A stretch of DNA of 64,000 nucleotides from an uncultured delta proteobacterium (GTDB taxonomy: Bacteria > Desulfobacterota > RBG-13-43-22), in NCBI GenBank assembly GCA_963711835.1, contig CAVQFQ010000016.1:86359-150358 (forward strand), in the 5' to 3' direction. Position numbers and translations under genes: made by a program. This document shows positions 19,799 to 28,778 of this stretch, in pieces. Numbering within the stretch: the stretch's first letter is position 1; the number at the start of each line of letters is the position of its first letter. The notes beneath the pieces are model-generated. The model worked only from the letters and a program-made list of their open reading frames with translations, searched no databases and was not told the origin of the DNA.

Positions 19799-21232
19799 AT
19801 GAAACCAAAGGTGATCATCAGGCGCTGTGAGGTTTACGATGCGGACCGGATCGCGGGAATCGTCAAAGAGGGAATGGAAGAGTTGGGGATCAGACCCGAA
19901 GGACGAATCCTGTTAAAACCCAATGTGGTTATGGCCCACCCTGAGATTTTCCCTTATGCCTTTACCCGAAAGGAATTCCTGGATGGCGTTATCGCAGCGA
20001 CTAAAGCGCGGGCTCAAAATGTCAAAGAAATCGCGGTCGGAGAGCGATCGGGGATCACCATCCCCACCCGCTTCAATTTTAAGAATGCCGGCTATCCGGA
20101 AATTATCAGAAAACACAAGATAAAGACCTATTATTTTGATGAAAGCAAGCAGGTCCCGCACCATCTCAAGCATGAAGGCCGACTCCGCGACCTGATCTTT
20201 GTGCCTAAACCCATTGCCGACTGTGACTTCCTCATCAACCTGCCTAAATTCAAGGCCCATCCCTGGACCCGCCTGACCTTGAGCCTGAAGAATTTTATCG
20301 GCCTTCAGGATGACCGCCACCGCCTGGTGGATCATAACAGCTTCCTGGAAGAAAAAATCGCCGACCTGCAGGAGGTCATTCAACCCAAGTTCATTGCCAT
20401 CGATGGGATCATTGCCGGCCAAAAGATGATGCTCACCCCCACCCCCTTTGACCTGGGGGCGATTGTCATGGGCAGCAACTCCTGCGCCGTCGATACCGTG
20501 GGCTGCCGCATGGTCAGTGTGGATCCCAAGGATCTGGTCCACCTCAGACTGGCTTCGGAAAGAGGTTTCGGCCCCATGAGCCTTGACGAGATTGAGGTAG
20601 GCGGGGATTTTCCCCTGGAGGAGATCCAGGAAAAAACCAGGAATTTTCAATTCTGCCTGGAACCGGTGAATTCCTATTTCGGTCCGGAGAGCAACTTGAC
20701 CTGTACGGTAGGCACCTTTCCGGAAGCCCACTCTCCCGATTACTGCTGGGGAGGATGCCCGGGAGCCCTGCAGGAGGCCATGCATATCTTTCGAGGCTTC
20801 TATCCCACTGTGGACCGGGATATGAAAAAAGTCCGCTACGTAGTGGGCAAGGTGGAAGGATCACTGGATCTGGCTGAAGATGAACGGGTTCTGTTTGCCG
20901 GAAATTGTACCAGTTGGGAGGGGAACCTCAACGGCCGGCGAGTCAAGATTGAAAGCTCTTATAAACCCACCCGGGCCGTAGATGCCCGCAAGACCAGATC
21001 AAACGATCTTTTTTTAAAAATTTCCAAAGCCGTCTGGCAGTGTTTACGGTATCGCCATTCCCGTTACCTCCACATGAAAGGCTGCACCCTTTCCGTAGCC
21101 GACCACGTCAATTACCTGTCCTCAGTGGGGAAGATAAAAAACCCCAATTTTGATCCCCGCCTGGCCATCCCGGTCACCCTGGCCTATTTTCGGATGCAGG
21201 CCAACAGGCTTTTTAACCGCTTGACCGGCTGA
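19799..21232 (+). CDS. DUF362 domain protein
   Basis: LLKPNVV, INLPKFKAH, TLSLKN..G, IDGI, AVD motifs; Cys-rich C-terminus (CWGGCPG). Confidence 0.85.
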   Translation: MKPKVIIRRCEVYDADRIAGIVKEGMEELGIRPEGRILLKPNVVMAHPEIFPYAFTRKEFLDGVIAATKARAQNVKEIAVGERSGITIPTRFNFKNAGYPEIIRKHKIKTYYFDESKQVPHHLKHEGRLRDLIFVPKPIADCDFLINLPKFKAHPWTRLTLSLKNFIGLQDDRHRLVDHNSFLEEKIADLQEVIQPKFIAIDGIIAGQKMMLTPTPFDLGAIVMGSNSCAVDTVGCRMVSVDPKDLVHLRLASERGFGPMSLDEIEVGGDFPLEEIQEKTRNFQFCLEPVNSYFGPESNLTCTVGTFPEAHSPDYCWGGCPGALQEAMHIFRGFYPTVDRDMKKVRYVVGKVEGSLDLAEDERVLFAGNCTSWEGNLNGRRVKIESSYKPTRAVDARKTRSNDLFLKISKAVWQCLRYRHSRYLHMKGCTLSVADHVNYLSSVGKIKNPNFDPRLAIPVTLAYFRMQANRLFNRLTG

Positions 21233-21380
21233 TTTTTAATCGGCCCCTCCTGAAGGGTGAAATCGCCATCTCCTTTTTCCCCCGCCGTTAGGGAAAGGAC
21301 GAAAGGAACCGTCTCCTTGATCCAAAAACAAAAAAGGTTGCTCGGAAGGGGGGGAAATGGTATAGAGCATCCATAGTTAA

Positions 21381-21564
21381 TTGAGACCTTTGAAAAATAG
21401 CCGCAGGTCATGGCCAACCAGAACCTGTGTTGCCTGGTGTTTAGGGCGAAATGTGTAGTCCGCTACCTCCTCTGAATTCAAAGTGATTTTCGCCTCGTCG
21501 CCCTCTTCGTCCCGCCTCGGCGGACTTCCATTAACTCACATTTGAGATTTTAAAGGTTCTTCAA
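21381..21564. mobile_element. Degenerate IR-bounded element (possible IS5-like MITE remnant)
   Basis: TTGAGACCTTTGAAAA ... TTTTAAAGGTTCTTCAA imperfect IRs; internal AGGGCGAAAT/ATTTTCGCCT IR. Confidence 0.4.
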
Positions 21565-21644
21565 TTTTTGCCCCTCTCGGGTCCGAATTAAAAAAAGATG
21601 ATCGTAAAAATGGCCTGCGATAATGCCGGGAAGAAAATTTATTA

Positions 21645-22631
21645 GTGGAAAAAATTAATATCAGGGGAACGGGATCCTTTATACCCCAAAAGGTGGTGCC
21701 GAATTCCTATTTTGAAGGAATTGTAGATACTTCCAACGAATGGATCATTACCCGAACCGGGATTCATGAGAGAAGGATGATTTTGCCCGGGCAAGCCCTG
21801 ACCGATATCGCCGCTCCGGCTGCGGAGAGGGCACTGGAGATGGCCGGCATTTCACCCGAAGAACTGGATTTGATCATTGTGGGGACCTCCACAGCGGATA
21901 TGCTTTCTCCTTCGGCCGGCTGCATTCTCCAACATAAGATAGGAGCCGGCAATGCCGTGGCCTTTGATATCAATGCCGCCTGTCCCGGGTTCATTTACGG
22001 CCTGGCGGTGGCCCAAAAATTTCTGCAGGATGGCTCCCATCGTCTGGCCCTGGTTGTGGGAGGAGAGATCGTCTCTCAAAGAATCGACTATCAGGATCGG
22101 GCCACTTGTGTACTTTTTGGAGACGGGGCCGGGGCGGCCGTATTAGGCCACTCCAAAGGGGATGAAGACGGAGAACTCATCTCCACCCAAATTCAATCGG
22201 ACGGAAATCTCTGGGGATTGCTGAATGTGCCGGGAGGGGGCTCTTTAAATCCCCCCACCTACCGGATGATCGACGAGGGACTGCACTATGTCAAGATGCA
22301 GGGGAACGAGGTTTTCAAGCACGCCGTACGTTCCATGGTGGATGCGGCCAGGAAAACCATGAACAGCAACGGGGTTTCCAAGAAAAAAATCGACTGGTTC
22401 ATCCCCCATCAGGCCAACATCCGGATTATGGAGGTTGTGGCCAAACAATTGGAGATCCCTATGGAAAAGGTGATCGTCACCGTTCACAAATACGGCAACA
22501 CCTCGGCTGCCACCATCCCCACGGCCCTGGATGAAGCGGTACGATCCGGTCAGATCCAGCGGGGGGATTTGGTCCTGGTGGCTTCTTTCGGAGCCGGATT
22601 TACCTGGGGAGCGGCCTTATTTAGATTCTGA
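21645..22631 (+). CDS. fabH: Beta-ketoacyl-ACP synthase III
   Basis: DINAACPGF, LFGDGAGA, PHQANIRI, YGNTSAA, FGAGFTWG; GTG start. Confidence 0.96.
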   Translation: MEKINIRGTGSFIPQKVVPNSYFEGIVDTSNEWIITRTGIHERRMILPGQALTDIAAPAAERALEMAGISPEELDLIIVGTSTADMLSPSAGCILQHKIGAGNAVAFDINAACPGFIYGLAVAQKFLQDGSHRLALVVGGEIVSQRIDYQDRATCVLFGDGAGAAVLGHSKGDEDGELISTQIQSDGNLWGLLNVPGGGSLNPPTYRMIDEGLHYVKMQGNEVFKHAVRSMVDAARKTMNSNGVSKKKIDWFIPHQANIRIMEVVAKQLEIPMEKVIVTVHKYGNTSAATIPTALDEAVRSGQIQRGDLVLVASFGAGFTWGAALFRF

Positions 22632-23991
22632 CCTGGCCGCCCTGGGCCGATGAGACCGCTCGAACAAAATTAAAACAGTCGAAGTCCTGATGGGAGACAA
22701 AACCCAGTTCCACATCTACCGTCCAGGCCGCCACATAGGAACGCCGATCGGCACTCCAAAGGGATCTCTTGCGGCGATCGAATAAGGGGGGGATACAAGA
22801 TTCATCACGCCTTGAAACCGGCTCCAGGATGGAAAGCAGTTCATCGATCGTAGGCAGACGCCAATCCGACAAACCGGCCAAACCTGTCCTATTCAACTGA
22901 TCCAGATAGCCCTGGACCTGAAACCGGTTTAAAGGAAAATCCGATCCGGCCTGCTGCCAGACCAGGTTGGTGGTCCGGTCAAAAATGGTTTGCTCTTTCC
23001 CGAGCCGGAAGGCCTTCCGGCTATATCGATAAGGACGCCCCAGCGCATCCAGTCCGAAATAGTCTCTGGCCTGGGTCGGGCCCATCTTAACGGGGCGACT
23101 GCGCCGTCTTCCCTGACCATTCTCTGTCATTGGGTAACGATTATTGCCGGGTTCGGCCTCTAAACAGATCCGGTCCTTTCCGGACTCCCAGACCTTGGCC
23201 AGTTCGTCCAATGCTCCAATCATTTCCCGGGCGCTGTTGAATCGTTGTTCTCTTTTGGGGGCCATGGCTCGGAACACAAATTCATCCCAGGTCTTATCGA
23301 GTTCGTCATGGAACCGGCTTGGCTTTTTAAGCGGCTCCAGAGGAAGAAAACCGAGCAGGAGGCGATAGAGTAATACCCCGACCGCGTAAAGGTCCGCCCG
23401 GCCATCCACCAGATTGGGATTCTCCTCCTGTTCCGGGGCGGCATAATAGGGGGACCCCACTTTGAGATTGGAAGGGGTTACTATCATTTCACCGCGCAGG
23501 CGCGAGAGCCCGAAATCGCTGATCTTAACCAGGTCTTCATCGGTTATCAGGAGGTTAAAAGGTTTGATGTCCCGATGGACGATTTCGGCCTGATGAAGAC
23601 GAGCCAGCCCTTCCAGAGTTTGACGAATATACCAGAGGGCTTTATCCGGAGGGATCTTCCTGGAGGGCTGTTCCAGTTGATAGCTTTCCCCCATCAGCAG
23701 CCCGAGATTATTGCAATAATAGTCCATGAGGAAAAAAGGCCGTCCCTCAACTTCGTCAAAATCCTTGATGTCGACGATATGGGGATGGCGTAGGGAGGCA
23801 ATTATTTTGGCTTCCGCCAGGAACCGTTTCTTAATCTCTTCTTCTCCCAGGAGGGCAATCAGATTGGGATGAGGTCGGAAGAGTTTCAGGGCTTCAACCT
23901 TTTGAATCAAGGGAAGGCGCACCTTATAGACGACACTCATACCCCCTTGACCGAGGAGCCCGACGATTTCATATCTTCCGATGCGGCGCAT
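22621..23991 (-). CDS. Hanks-type Ser/Thr kinase with C-terminal DUF1566-like domain
   Basis: LGQGGMSVVY, HRDIKPFN, DFG, APE; C-terminal D..TNLVWQQ...DWRLPTIDEL...WS...VRAV. Confidence 0.9.
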   Translation of the reverse strand: MRRIGRYEIVGLLGQGGMSVVYKVRLPLIQKVEALKLFRPHPNLIALLGEEEIKKRFLAEAKIIASLRHPHIVDIKDFDEVEGRPFFLMDYYCNNLGLLMGESYQLEQPSRKIPPDKALWYIRQTLEGLARLHQAEIVHRDIKPFNLLITDEDLVKISDFGLSRLRGEMIVTPSNLKVGSPYYAAPEQEENPNLVDGRADLYAVGVLLYRLLLGFLPLEPLKKPSRFHDELDKTWDEFVFRAMAPKREQRFNSAREMIGALDELAKVWESGKDRICLEAEPGNNRYPMTENGQGRRRSRPVKMGPTQARDYFGLDALGRPYRYSRKAFRLGKEQTIFDRTTNLVWQQAGSDFPLNRFQVQGYLDQLNRTGLAGLSDWRLPTIDELLSILEPVSRRDESCIPPLFDRRKRSLWSADRRSYVAAWTVDVELGFVSHQDFDCFNFVRAVSSAQGGQVRI

Positions 23992-23994
23992 TTT

Positions 23995-24720
23995 TTACCA
24001 GAGCCGCCGGGCGTTGGATTCAGGGAAGCCCAAGGCGATTATCTTTTCGGCGGTTCGGGCAATGTCGTACGGGAGGAAGCGGACCTCCAGGGTTTGGGCG
24101 GCGTCGTCCCAAATGACATACTTGGCCTTGTTGTCGCCGTCCCGGGGTTGCCCGACACTCCCCACGTTGATCAGGTAGCGGCCATTTTTTTTCAGCAGGT
24201 GCTTCCCCTCCCCCAGGGGTTCGCTGAATACCCGGCCACCGTCAAAGGCAATCAGAATGAGGTCGTGGGTGTGACCGATGAAGGCCATCCTTTCCTTCAT
24301 CCGGCCGAAAAGCTCCTTCAGTCCCACATTTGAATATTCAAAGAGGTAGGTCGTGATCGAATCGGGCGGACAGCCGTGCACAAAGCGGCAATCTCCAACA
24401 AGCAGGAAGGGTTTCAGCCCCTGGAAATAGGTCAGGGTTTCCGGGGATAATAATTTTTTGGTCAGCTTCAGCGATTCACGGGTTGATTGGTTAAACCATT
24501 TTAAAAACCTTGGATCCACCAGCCCCAATTCATGATTGCCCATGACGGAGGGAATCCGTCTTTTTCGAACCAGCCGGACCACCTCCATGGGGTCCGGCCC
24601 GTAGCCGACCAGGTCTCCCAGGCTGATGACCAGATCAAGGTGACGCCGGTCCAGGTCCTGCAGGACCTTTCGCAAGGCCTCCAGATTAGCATGGATATCC
24701 GATAAGACTGCCACCCGCAT
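23995..24720 (-). CDS. Calcineurin-like metallophosphoesterase
   Basis: SDIHAN, GDLVGYG, GNHE, HG, GHTH, NVGSVGQPRD. Confidence 0.92.
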   Translation of the reverse strand: MRVAVLSDIHANLEALRKVLQDLDRRHLDLVISLGDLVGYGPDPMEVVRLVRKRRIPSVMGNHELGLVDPRFLKWFNQSTRESLKLTKKLLSPETLTYFQGLKPFLLVGDCRFVHGCPPDSITTYLFEYSNVGLKELFGRMKERMAFIGHTHDLILIAFDGGRVFSEPLGEGKHLLKKNGRYLINVGSVGQPRDGDNKAKYVIWDDAAQTLEVRFLPYDIARTAEKIIALGFPESNARRLW

Positions 24721-24854
24721 AAGCCCGGTTTAAAATAACCCCTTCGTGTTGGATTCTTGCATCCCTGATCTGAGGATTCATCTCTAACTCTTTTTGTAAG
24801 CCATCAAATCCGCCGCGGCGGACTCCCCTCCCCGAAGAGGATGTGTCACAACTC

Positions 24855-24883
24855 GTCATCCCGGCCAAGGGAGCCGGGATCCA
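24855..24883. repeat. REP-like palindrome GTCATCCCGGC-N-GCCGGGATCCA
   Basis: Hairpin of the GTCATCCCG...CGGGATCCA type in the intergenic region. Confidence 0.55.
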
Positions 24884-24976
24884 CATAATAGTATCTTTCA
24901 GGTCATTCCTTGTAAAGAGTAAAAGCGCGATCCGGATTCTCTTGACCCCTTTGAGTTAATCAGGCATATTTAAATC

Positions 24977-26047
24977 ATGCAAATCGGAATCCTCGGGCTT
25001 CCCCAATCGGGTAAAACAACTATCTTCCAGGCCCTGGCCGGCGGCGAAAAAGCGGTTTCGGTTTTTTCCTCGGGTCAAATCGACATTCACACCGCCGTAG
25101 CCGAAGTCCCGGATCCGCGTCTGGACCGCTTAGGGGAGATGTTCCAGCCCGAGAAGATCACTCCGGCCAGGGTGACCTATGCCGATATAGCCGGCCTTGA
25201 TAAGGGAGTCAGCCGGAAAGGCCTGCCGGGGTCTTTTCTAAACCTCCTGGGTCAAATGGATGCCTTCCTTCATGTGATCAGGGCCTTTGAAAATCCGGCG
25301 GTATCTCACGGCGAAGGATCGATCAATCCCAGGCGTGATCTGGGCCTGCTGGATACGGAACTGCTGCTCCAGGACCTGACCACGGTGGACCGGCGTCTTC
25401 AAAAATTAGTGGAAGGGATGAAGAAGAGCGCCCTGGATAAGGAGCAGGCCTTAAAAGAAAAAACACTTTTTGAAAGGATGCGGACTTCCCTGGAAGGAGA
25501 GAACCCGCTTCGGGATCTGGACTTCGAACCGGAGGAGATAAAGCTGTTGCGCGGTTACGGTTTCCTTTCTCTCAAGCCGGTGCTGGTTATCGTCAATACC
25601 GGTGACGATGGGAAAGGCCCGGAAATCCCTTATGATCACCGGGACAGCGCCCTCGTTTATCTGCCGGGGAGATTAGAAAGGGAACTGGCCGAATTGTCCG
25701 ATGAGGAGGCCGGCCTGTTCATGGAAGAATATTCCCTGAAGGAACTGAGTCGGAGCCGGGTTATCCGGCTTTCTTATGATTTGCTGGGCTTGCAGTCCTT
25801 CTTTACCGTGGGAGAAGATGAGGTCCGGGCCTGGACCATAAAAAGGGGGGCTACCGCTCTGGAAGCGGCGGCCACGGTTCATTCCGATCTGGCTAAAGGA
25901 TTTATTCGAGCCGAGGTGATACCCTATGAGGAATTAGTGGATTTAGGCGGATTGACCCAGGCCAAAAATAAAGGAAAATTGAGACTGGAAGGAAAGGATT
26001 ATCCGGTTAAAGACGGGGAGATCGTCCATATCCGGCATAGCTCCTGA
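24977..26047 (+). CDS. ychF: Redox-regulated ATPase YchF
   Basis: GLPQSGKTT, VPDPRLD, DIAGL, FFTVG.DEVRAW, HSDL.KGFIRAEV, GKLRLEGKDY. Confidence 0.93.
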   Translation: MQIGILGLPQSGKTTIFQALAGGEKAVSVFSSGQIDIHTAVAEVPDPRLDRLGEMFQPEKITPARVTYADIAGLDKGVSRKGLPGSFLNLLGQMDAFLHVIRAFENPAVSHGEGSINPRRDLGLLDTELLLQDLTTVDRRLQKLVEGMKKSALDKEQALKEKTLFERMRTSLEGENPLRDLDFEPEEIKLLRGYGFLSLKPVLVIVNTGDDGKGPEIPYDHRDSALVYLPGRLERELAELSDEEAGLFMEEYSLKELSRSRVIRLSYDLLGLQSFFTVGEDEVRAWTIKRGATALEAAATVHSDLAKGFIRAEVIPYEELVDLGGLTQAKNKGKLRLEGKDYPVKDGEIVHIRHSS

Positions 26048-26060
26048 AGAAAAAAATCGC

Positions 26061-26543
26061 ATCCGAAATCCGAAACACGAAATTCGAAACCAATACGAAT
26101 TTTAAAAATCCAAATTATTAAGCCAAAAGGTTTAGAATTTGGGATAGTCCCAAAGTTACATGATTCTCAAACCGAAGGGGTAGCCTCTTAATATTAAATC
26201 ACCTCAAAGGGCTTCAGGGGTCTTGATTTCAAGGTTGTCCGAAAGGTAATCCGTAGCCCCAACCCGGCCCGAATTTCTAAGTTGGTTGGGAGCCGGGCAT
26301 TCACCCAAGACGATAAATAGCTTTGGTGTTGGCCTGTTTCTAAACCCCACTTATAAACTTCCTGCCCGGGTTCAGGCTGCCGGCGTTTTGGCGGACAATC
26401 CTTGAAATCAAGACCCCCGAAGCCCTCTATGAATAGAGTGCTTAAAAATCACGTAACTTTGGAACAAACTCTAGAATTTTGATATTGGGTCATTTGGATT
26501 TGTTTCGTCCGCCGCGGCGGATCGATATTCGGATTTCGAATTT
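26061..26543. repeat. Heptamer-periodic inverted-repeat element interrupted by MITE copy 2
   Basis: Left arm ATCCGAAATCCGAAACACGAAATTCGAAAC; right arm GTTTCG...TCGATATTCGGATTTCGAATTT. Confidence 0.6.
26141..26471. mobile_element. MITE family A copy 2 (331 bp), core inverted
   Basis: 8-bp TSD TAGAATTT (26133-26140, 26472-26479); inner IRs 26208-26240 and 26393-26426. Confidence 0.9.
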
Positions 26544-26564
26544 AATATCAAAGTCTGATCTAAT

Positions 26565-27593
26565 ATGCCCATTCCAGGAAACTTATTGACCACGGCCATG
26601 GCGGTCATGCCCCACCGCGATGTGGACCGGGCTTTGCAACAAGCCTTGTCGCTGGACATCCCCTTTTGGCCCCAACTGCCCCATGTCAGTTATTATGAAG
26701 ATATGTATGTCCAGGCTTCGGAGCACTTTCCCGGTATCCTGGTGGACCATGAAAATCGGACCCTTCGTTTTTCCCGGGAAAAGTTCGCCCTGGAACTGGA
26801 AGAGGCCCTCAGCCGTTTTGAGGAACCTGATTTTTTTGATATCAGCCCCGAGTATTCGGTGGTCTATCACCGTTTCCTGGATCTCGATTTGTCGGATCGA
26901 CCCGCCATTCGGGGGCAAATCGAAGGGCCGATCAGCTTCGGCCTCAATGTGCCCGACCTGGAGGGGCGGCCGATCCTCTTTGATGATACGGTCCGTCCTT
27001 TCCTGCTGGAATTCATGGCCCAGCGGGTAAATGCCCAGTCCAGACGGCTCAAGCAGAAAAACCCCCAGGCCTTTATGTACGTGGATGAACCGGGGCTGCA
27101 GTTCCTATTCAGCGCCCTGGCCGGGTATGGCGACCAGGCGGCCCGGAAGGATATGGAATTTTTCTTTTCCCTGATCGAGAGACCCCGAGGGGTTCATTTG
27201 TGCGGAAATCCGGATTGGGACTTTTTGCTCGGGCTGGATCTGGACATTCTTTCTCTGGATGTCTATACCAATGGAGAGGTCTTTTCCTCGTACACCAAAT
27301 CCATCACCCGATTTTTGGAACGGGGTGCGGTCCTGGCCTGGGGCATTGTGCCCACCAATTTTGAGCCTTTCGGGCAGGAGAATTTGGAAACCCTGGAAAC
27401 CCGTCTCCTGGAAATCTGGAAGGCCCTGGAAAAAAAGGGGATTGACCGGGAATTCCTTTTATCCCGGAGCCTTCTTTCTCCGGCCACCTGCTGTCTGGTC
27501 AATCCCGATGGCGAGAAGACGGTGGAACAGGCCTTTGCTTTGATCAAAAAACTGTCAGAAAGACTTCGAACTCGGTTCAACCTGAGTCATTAA
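26565..27593 (+). CDS. Stand-alone (core) MetE catalytic-domain methionine synthase-like protein
   Basis: IPFWPQLP, GQIEGP, VDEP, GVHLCG (HxC Zn ligands), WGIVPT, LSPATCC; only 342 aa. Confidence 0.75.
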   Translation: MPIPGNLLTTAMAVMPHRDVDRALQQALSLDIPFWPQLPHVSYYEDMYVQASEHFPGILVDHENRTLRFSREKFALELEEALSRFEEPDFFDISPEYSVVYHRFLDLDLSDRPAIRGQIEGPISFGLNVPDLEGRPILFDDTVRPFLLEFMAQRVNAQSRRLKQKNPQAFMYVDEPGLQFLFSALAGYGDQAARKDMEFFFSLIERPRGVHLCGNPDWDFLLGLDLDILSLDVYTNGEVFSSYTKSITRFLERGAVLAWGIVPTNFEPFGQENLETLETRLLEIWKALEKKGIDREFLLSRSLLSPATCCLVNPDGEKTVEQAFALIKKLSERLRTRFNLSH

Positions 27594-27611
27594 ACTGAAA
27601 AGGAAAGGAAT

Positions 27612-27770
27612 ATGAGCGAGAAAACCCATACCTTGGGAAGGGTTTTTATTGAAAGACTGCCTTATACCGGCGATCTGCTCCAGGTTCTGAACGAATTTTG
27701 CGGGAAAAGGAAGGTTACAAACGGGACCCTGTCCCTTATCGGGGCTGCCGCGATCCTCAAACGGGTTTGA
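27612..27770 (+). pseudogene. Truncated PPC/DUF296-like gene (52 aa)
   Basis: MSEKTHTLGRVFIERLPYTGDLLQVLNEFC...GTLSLIGA then stop; RBS present; C-terminal half with HxH missing. Confidence 0.6.
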
Positions 27771-27783
27771 ATCTTTGGCAAAT

Positions 27784-27812
27784 TTGACAAGCCGATTCGG
27801 CCGGAGTATAGT
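27784..27812 (+). promoter_or_regulatory. Sigma70-like promoter of the GAF-ANTAR gene
   Basis: TTGACA-17bp-TATAGT. Confidence 0.65.
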
Positions 27813-27832
27813 TTCAGCCTTGGAACCCCCTC

Positions 27833-28525
27833 ATGGATACCCAATCCTATGATAAGACCATTGAAGCCTTGACCCTGATCAGCAAGGCCATTACCTCGGA
27901 TCAATATCTGGAGGATATCTTGCGCTTGATCGTTCTGGTCACAGCCGAGGCCATGAATTCCAAGGTTTGTTCCTTGTGGTTATTGGATGACAAAACCCAG
28001 TCTTTGACTATCCGGGCCACGCAAAGCATCAATCGGGAATACTTAAAGAAAAGGTCGCTCAAGGTGGGCGAAGGCGTTGTAGGTTATGTGGCCGCAGACA
28101 ATAAACCCTACCATTCCCTAAACGTTTTGGAAGACAACCGATTTAAGGAAAAGGCCTTGGCTCGAAAGTTGGGGCTCATTTCTTTGCTGAGTGTGCCCAT
28201 GAGTGTCCGCGACCGGGTGATCGGGGTCATTAATTGTTATACCTCGGTCCCCCATCACTTTTCCGAAACGGAGCAGAATCTCTTTACCACCCTAGCCAAC
28301 CAGGCTGCTCTGGCCATCTTTAATACCGAGTTGATGGTCAAGACCAAGGTCATCCAGGAAGAACTGGAAATCCGCAAACTGGTGGAGCGGGCCAAGGATG
28401 TCCTGATCCGGCGAAGAAAGATGAATGGCGAAGAGGCCTTTCGCTGGATTCAGAAGCGGAGCATGGATTCCCGCAAATCCATGCGGGAGGTGGCCGAGGC
28501 CGTTCTCCTCTCCGAAGAGCTTTAA
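27833..28525 (+). CDS. GAF + ANTAR antitermination regulator
   Basis: GAF (GEGVVG.VA, SLLSVPM, VIGVIN, LANQAA) plus ANTAR RKLVERAKDVL...EEAFRWIQKRSMDSRKSMREVAEA. Confidence 0.93.
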   Translation: MDTQSYDKTIEALTLISKAITSDQYLEDILRLIVLVTAEAMNSKVCSLWLLDDKTQSLTIRATQSINREYLKKRSLKVGEGVVGYVAADNKPYHSLNVLEDNRFKEKALARKLGLISLLSVPMSVRDRVIGVINCYTSVPHHFSETEQNLFTTLANQAALAIFNTELMVKTKVIQEELEIRKLVERAKDVLIRRRKMNGEEAFRWIQKRSMDSRKSMREVAEAVLLSEEL

Positions 28526-28662
28526 ACCCTCCGACTTCTTTCCTGAAAAAATTTTCCCGATACATTTAGCAAAACTTAAACTGAATAGAAAAAATTAGTA
28601 AAAATTTCTTGACAACGATAGTAAGTTAAGCTAAAAACTATTTTTATAAAGAAGTAATAATA

Positions 28663-28717
28663 ATAATTTCGCCCAATGGTGTGCGAAATTATCCCTCAAT
28701 GAAGACAAGGGCGTCTT
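28663..28717 (+). promoter_or_regulatory. ANTAR-target dual-hairpin RNA leader
   Basis: Hairpin 1 loop AATGGT (28675-28680); hairpin 2 AAGAC-AAGGGC-GTCTT (loop 28707-28712); both loops have A1/G4. Confidence 0.85.
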
Positions 28718-28749
28718 TTCCGATGTGGTGAAGACGCCCTTTTTATTTT
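28707..28749 (+). terminator. Intrinsic terminator (attenuator) overlapping ANTAR hairpin 2
   Basis: AGGGCGTCTT...AAGACGCCCT followed by TTTTATTTT. Confidence 0.85.
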
Positions 28750-28778
28750 AAAAAAATGGAGAGTAAGGAGGATGAGGT

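Noticed and set aside
19913-20785. 290-aa minus-strand ORF (also 29022-29609, 43105-44034, 58906-59571)
   Set aside because: Antisense or alternate-frame shadows of well-supported genes, expected at this GC content
22621-23000. DUF1566 domain as a diversity-generating retroelement target
   Set aside because: No reverse transcriptase and no template repeat differing at adenines seen in the window
27768-27770. TGA as selenocysteine read-through in the DUF296 stub
   Set aside because: Downstream frame does not resemble the PPC C-terminus and runs into the next promoter
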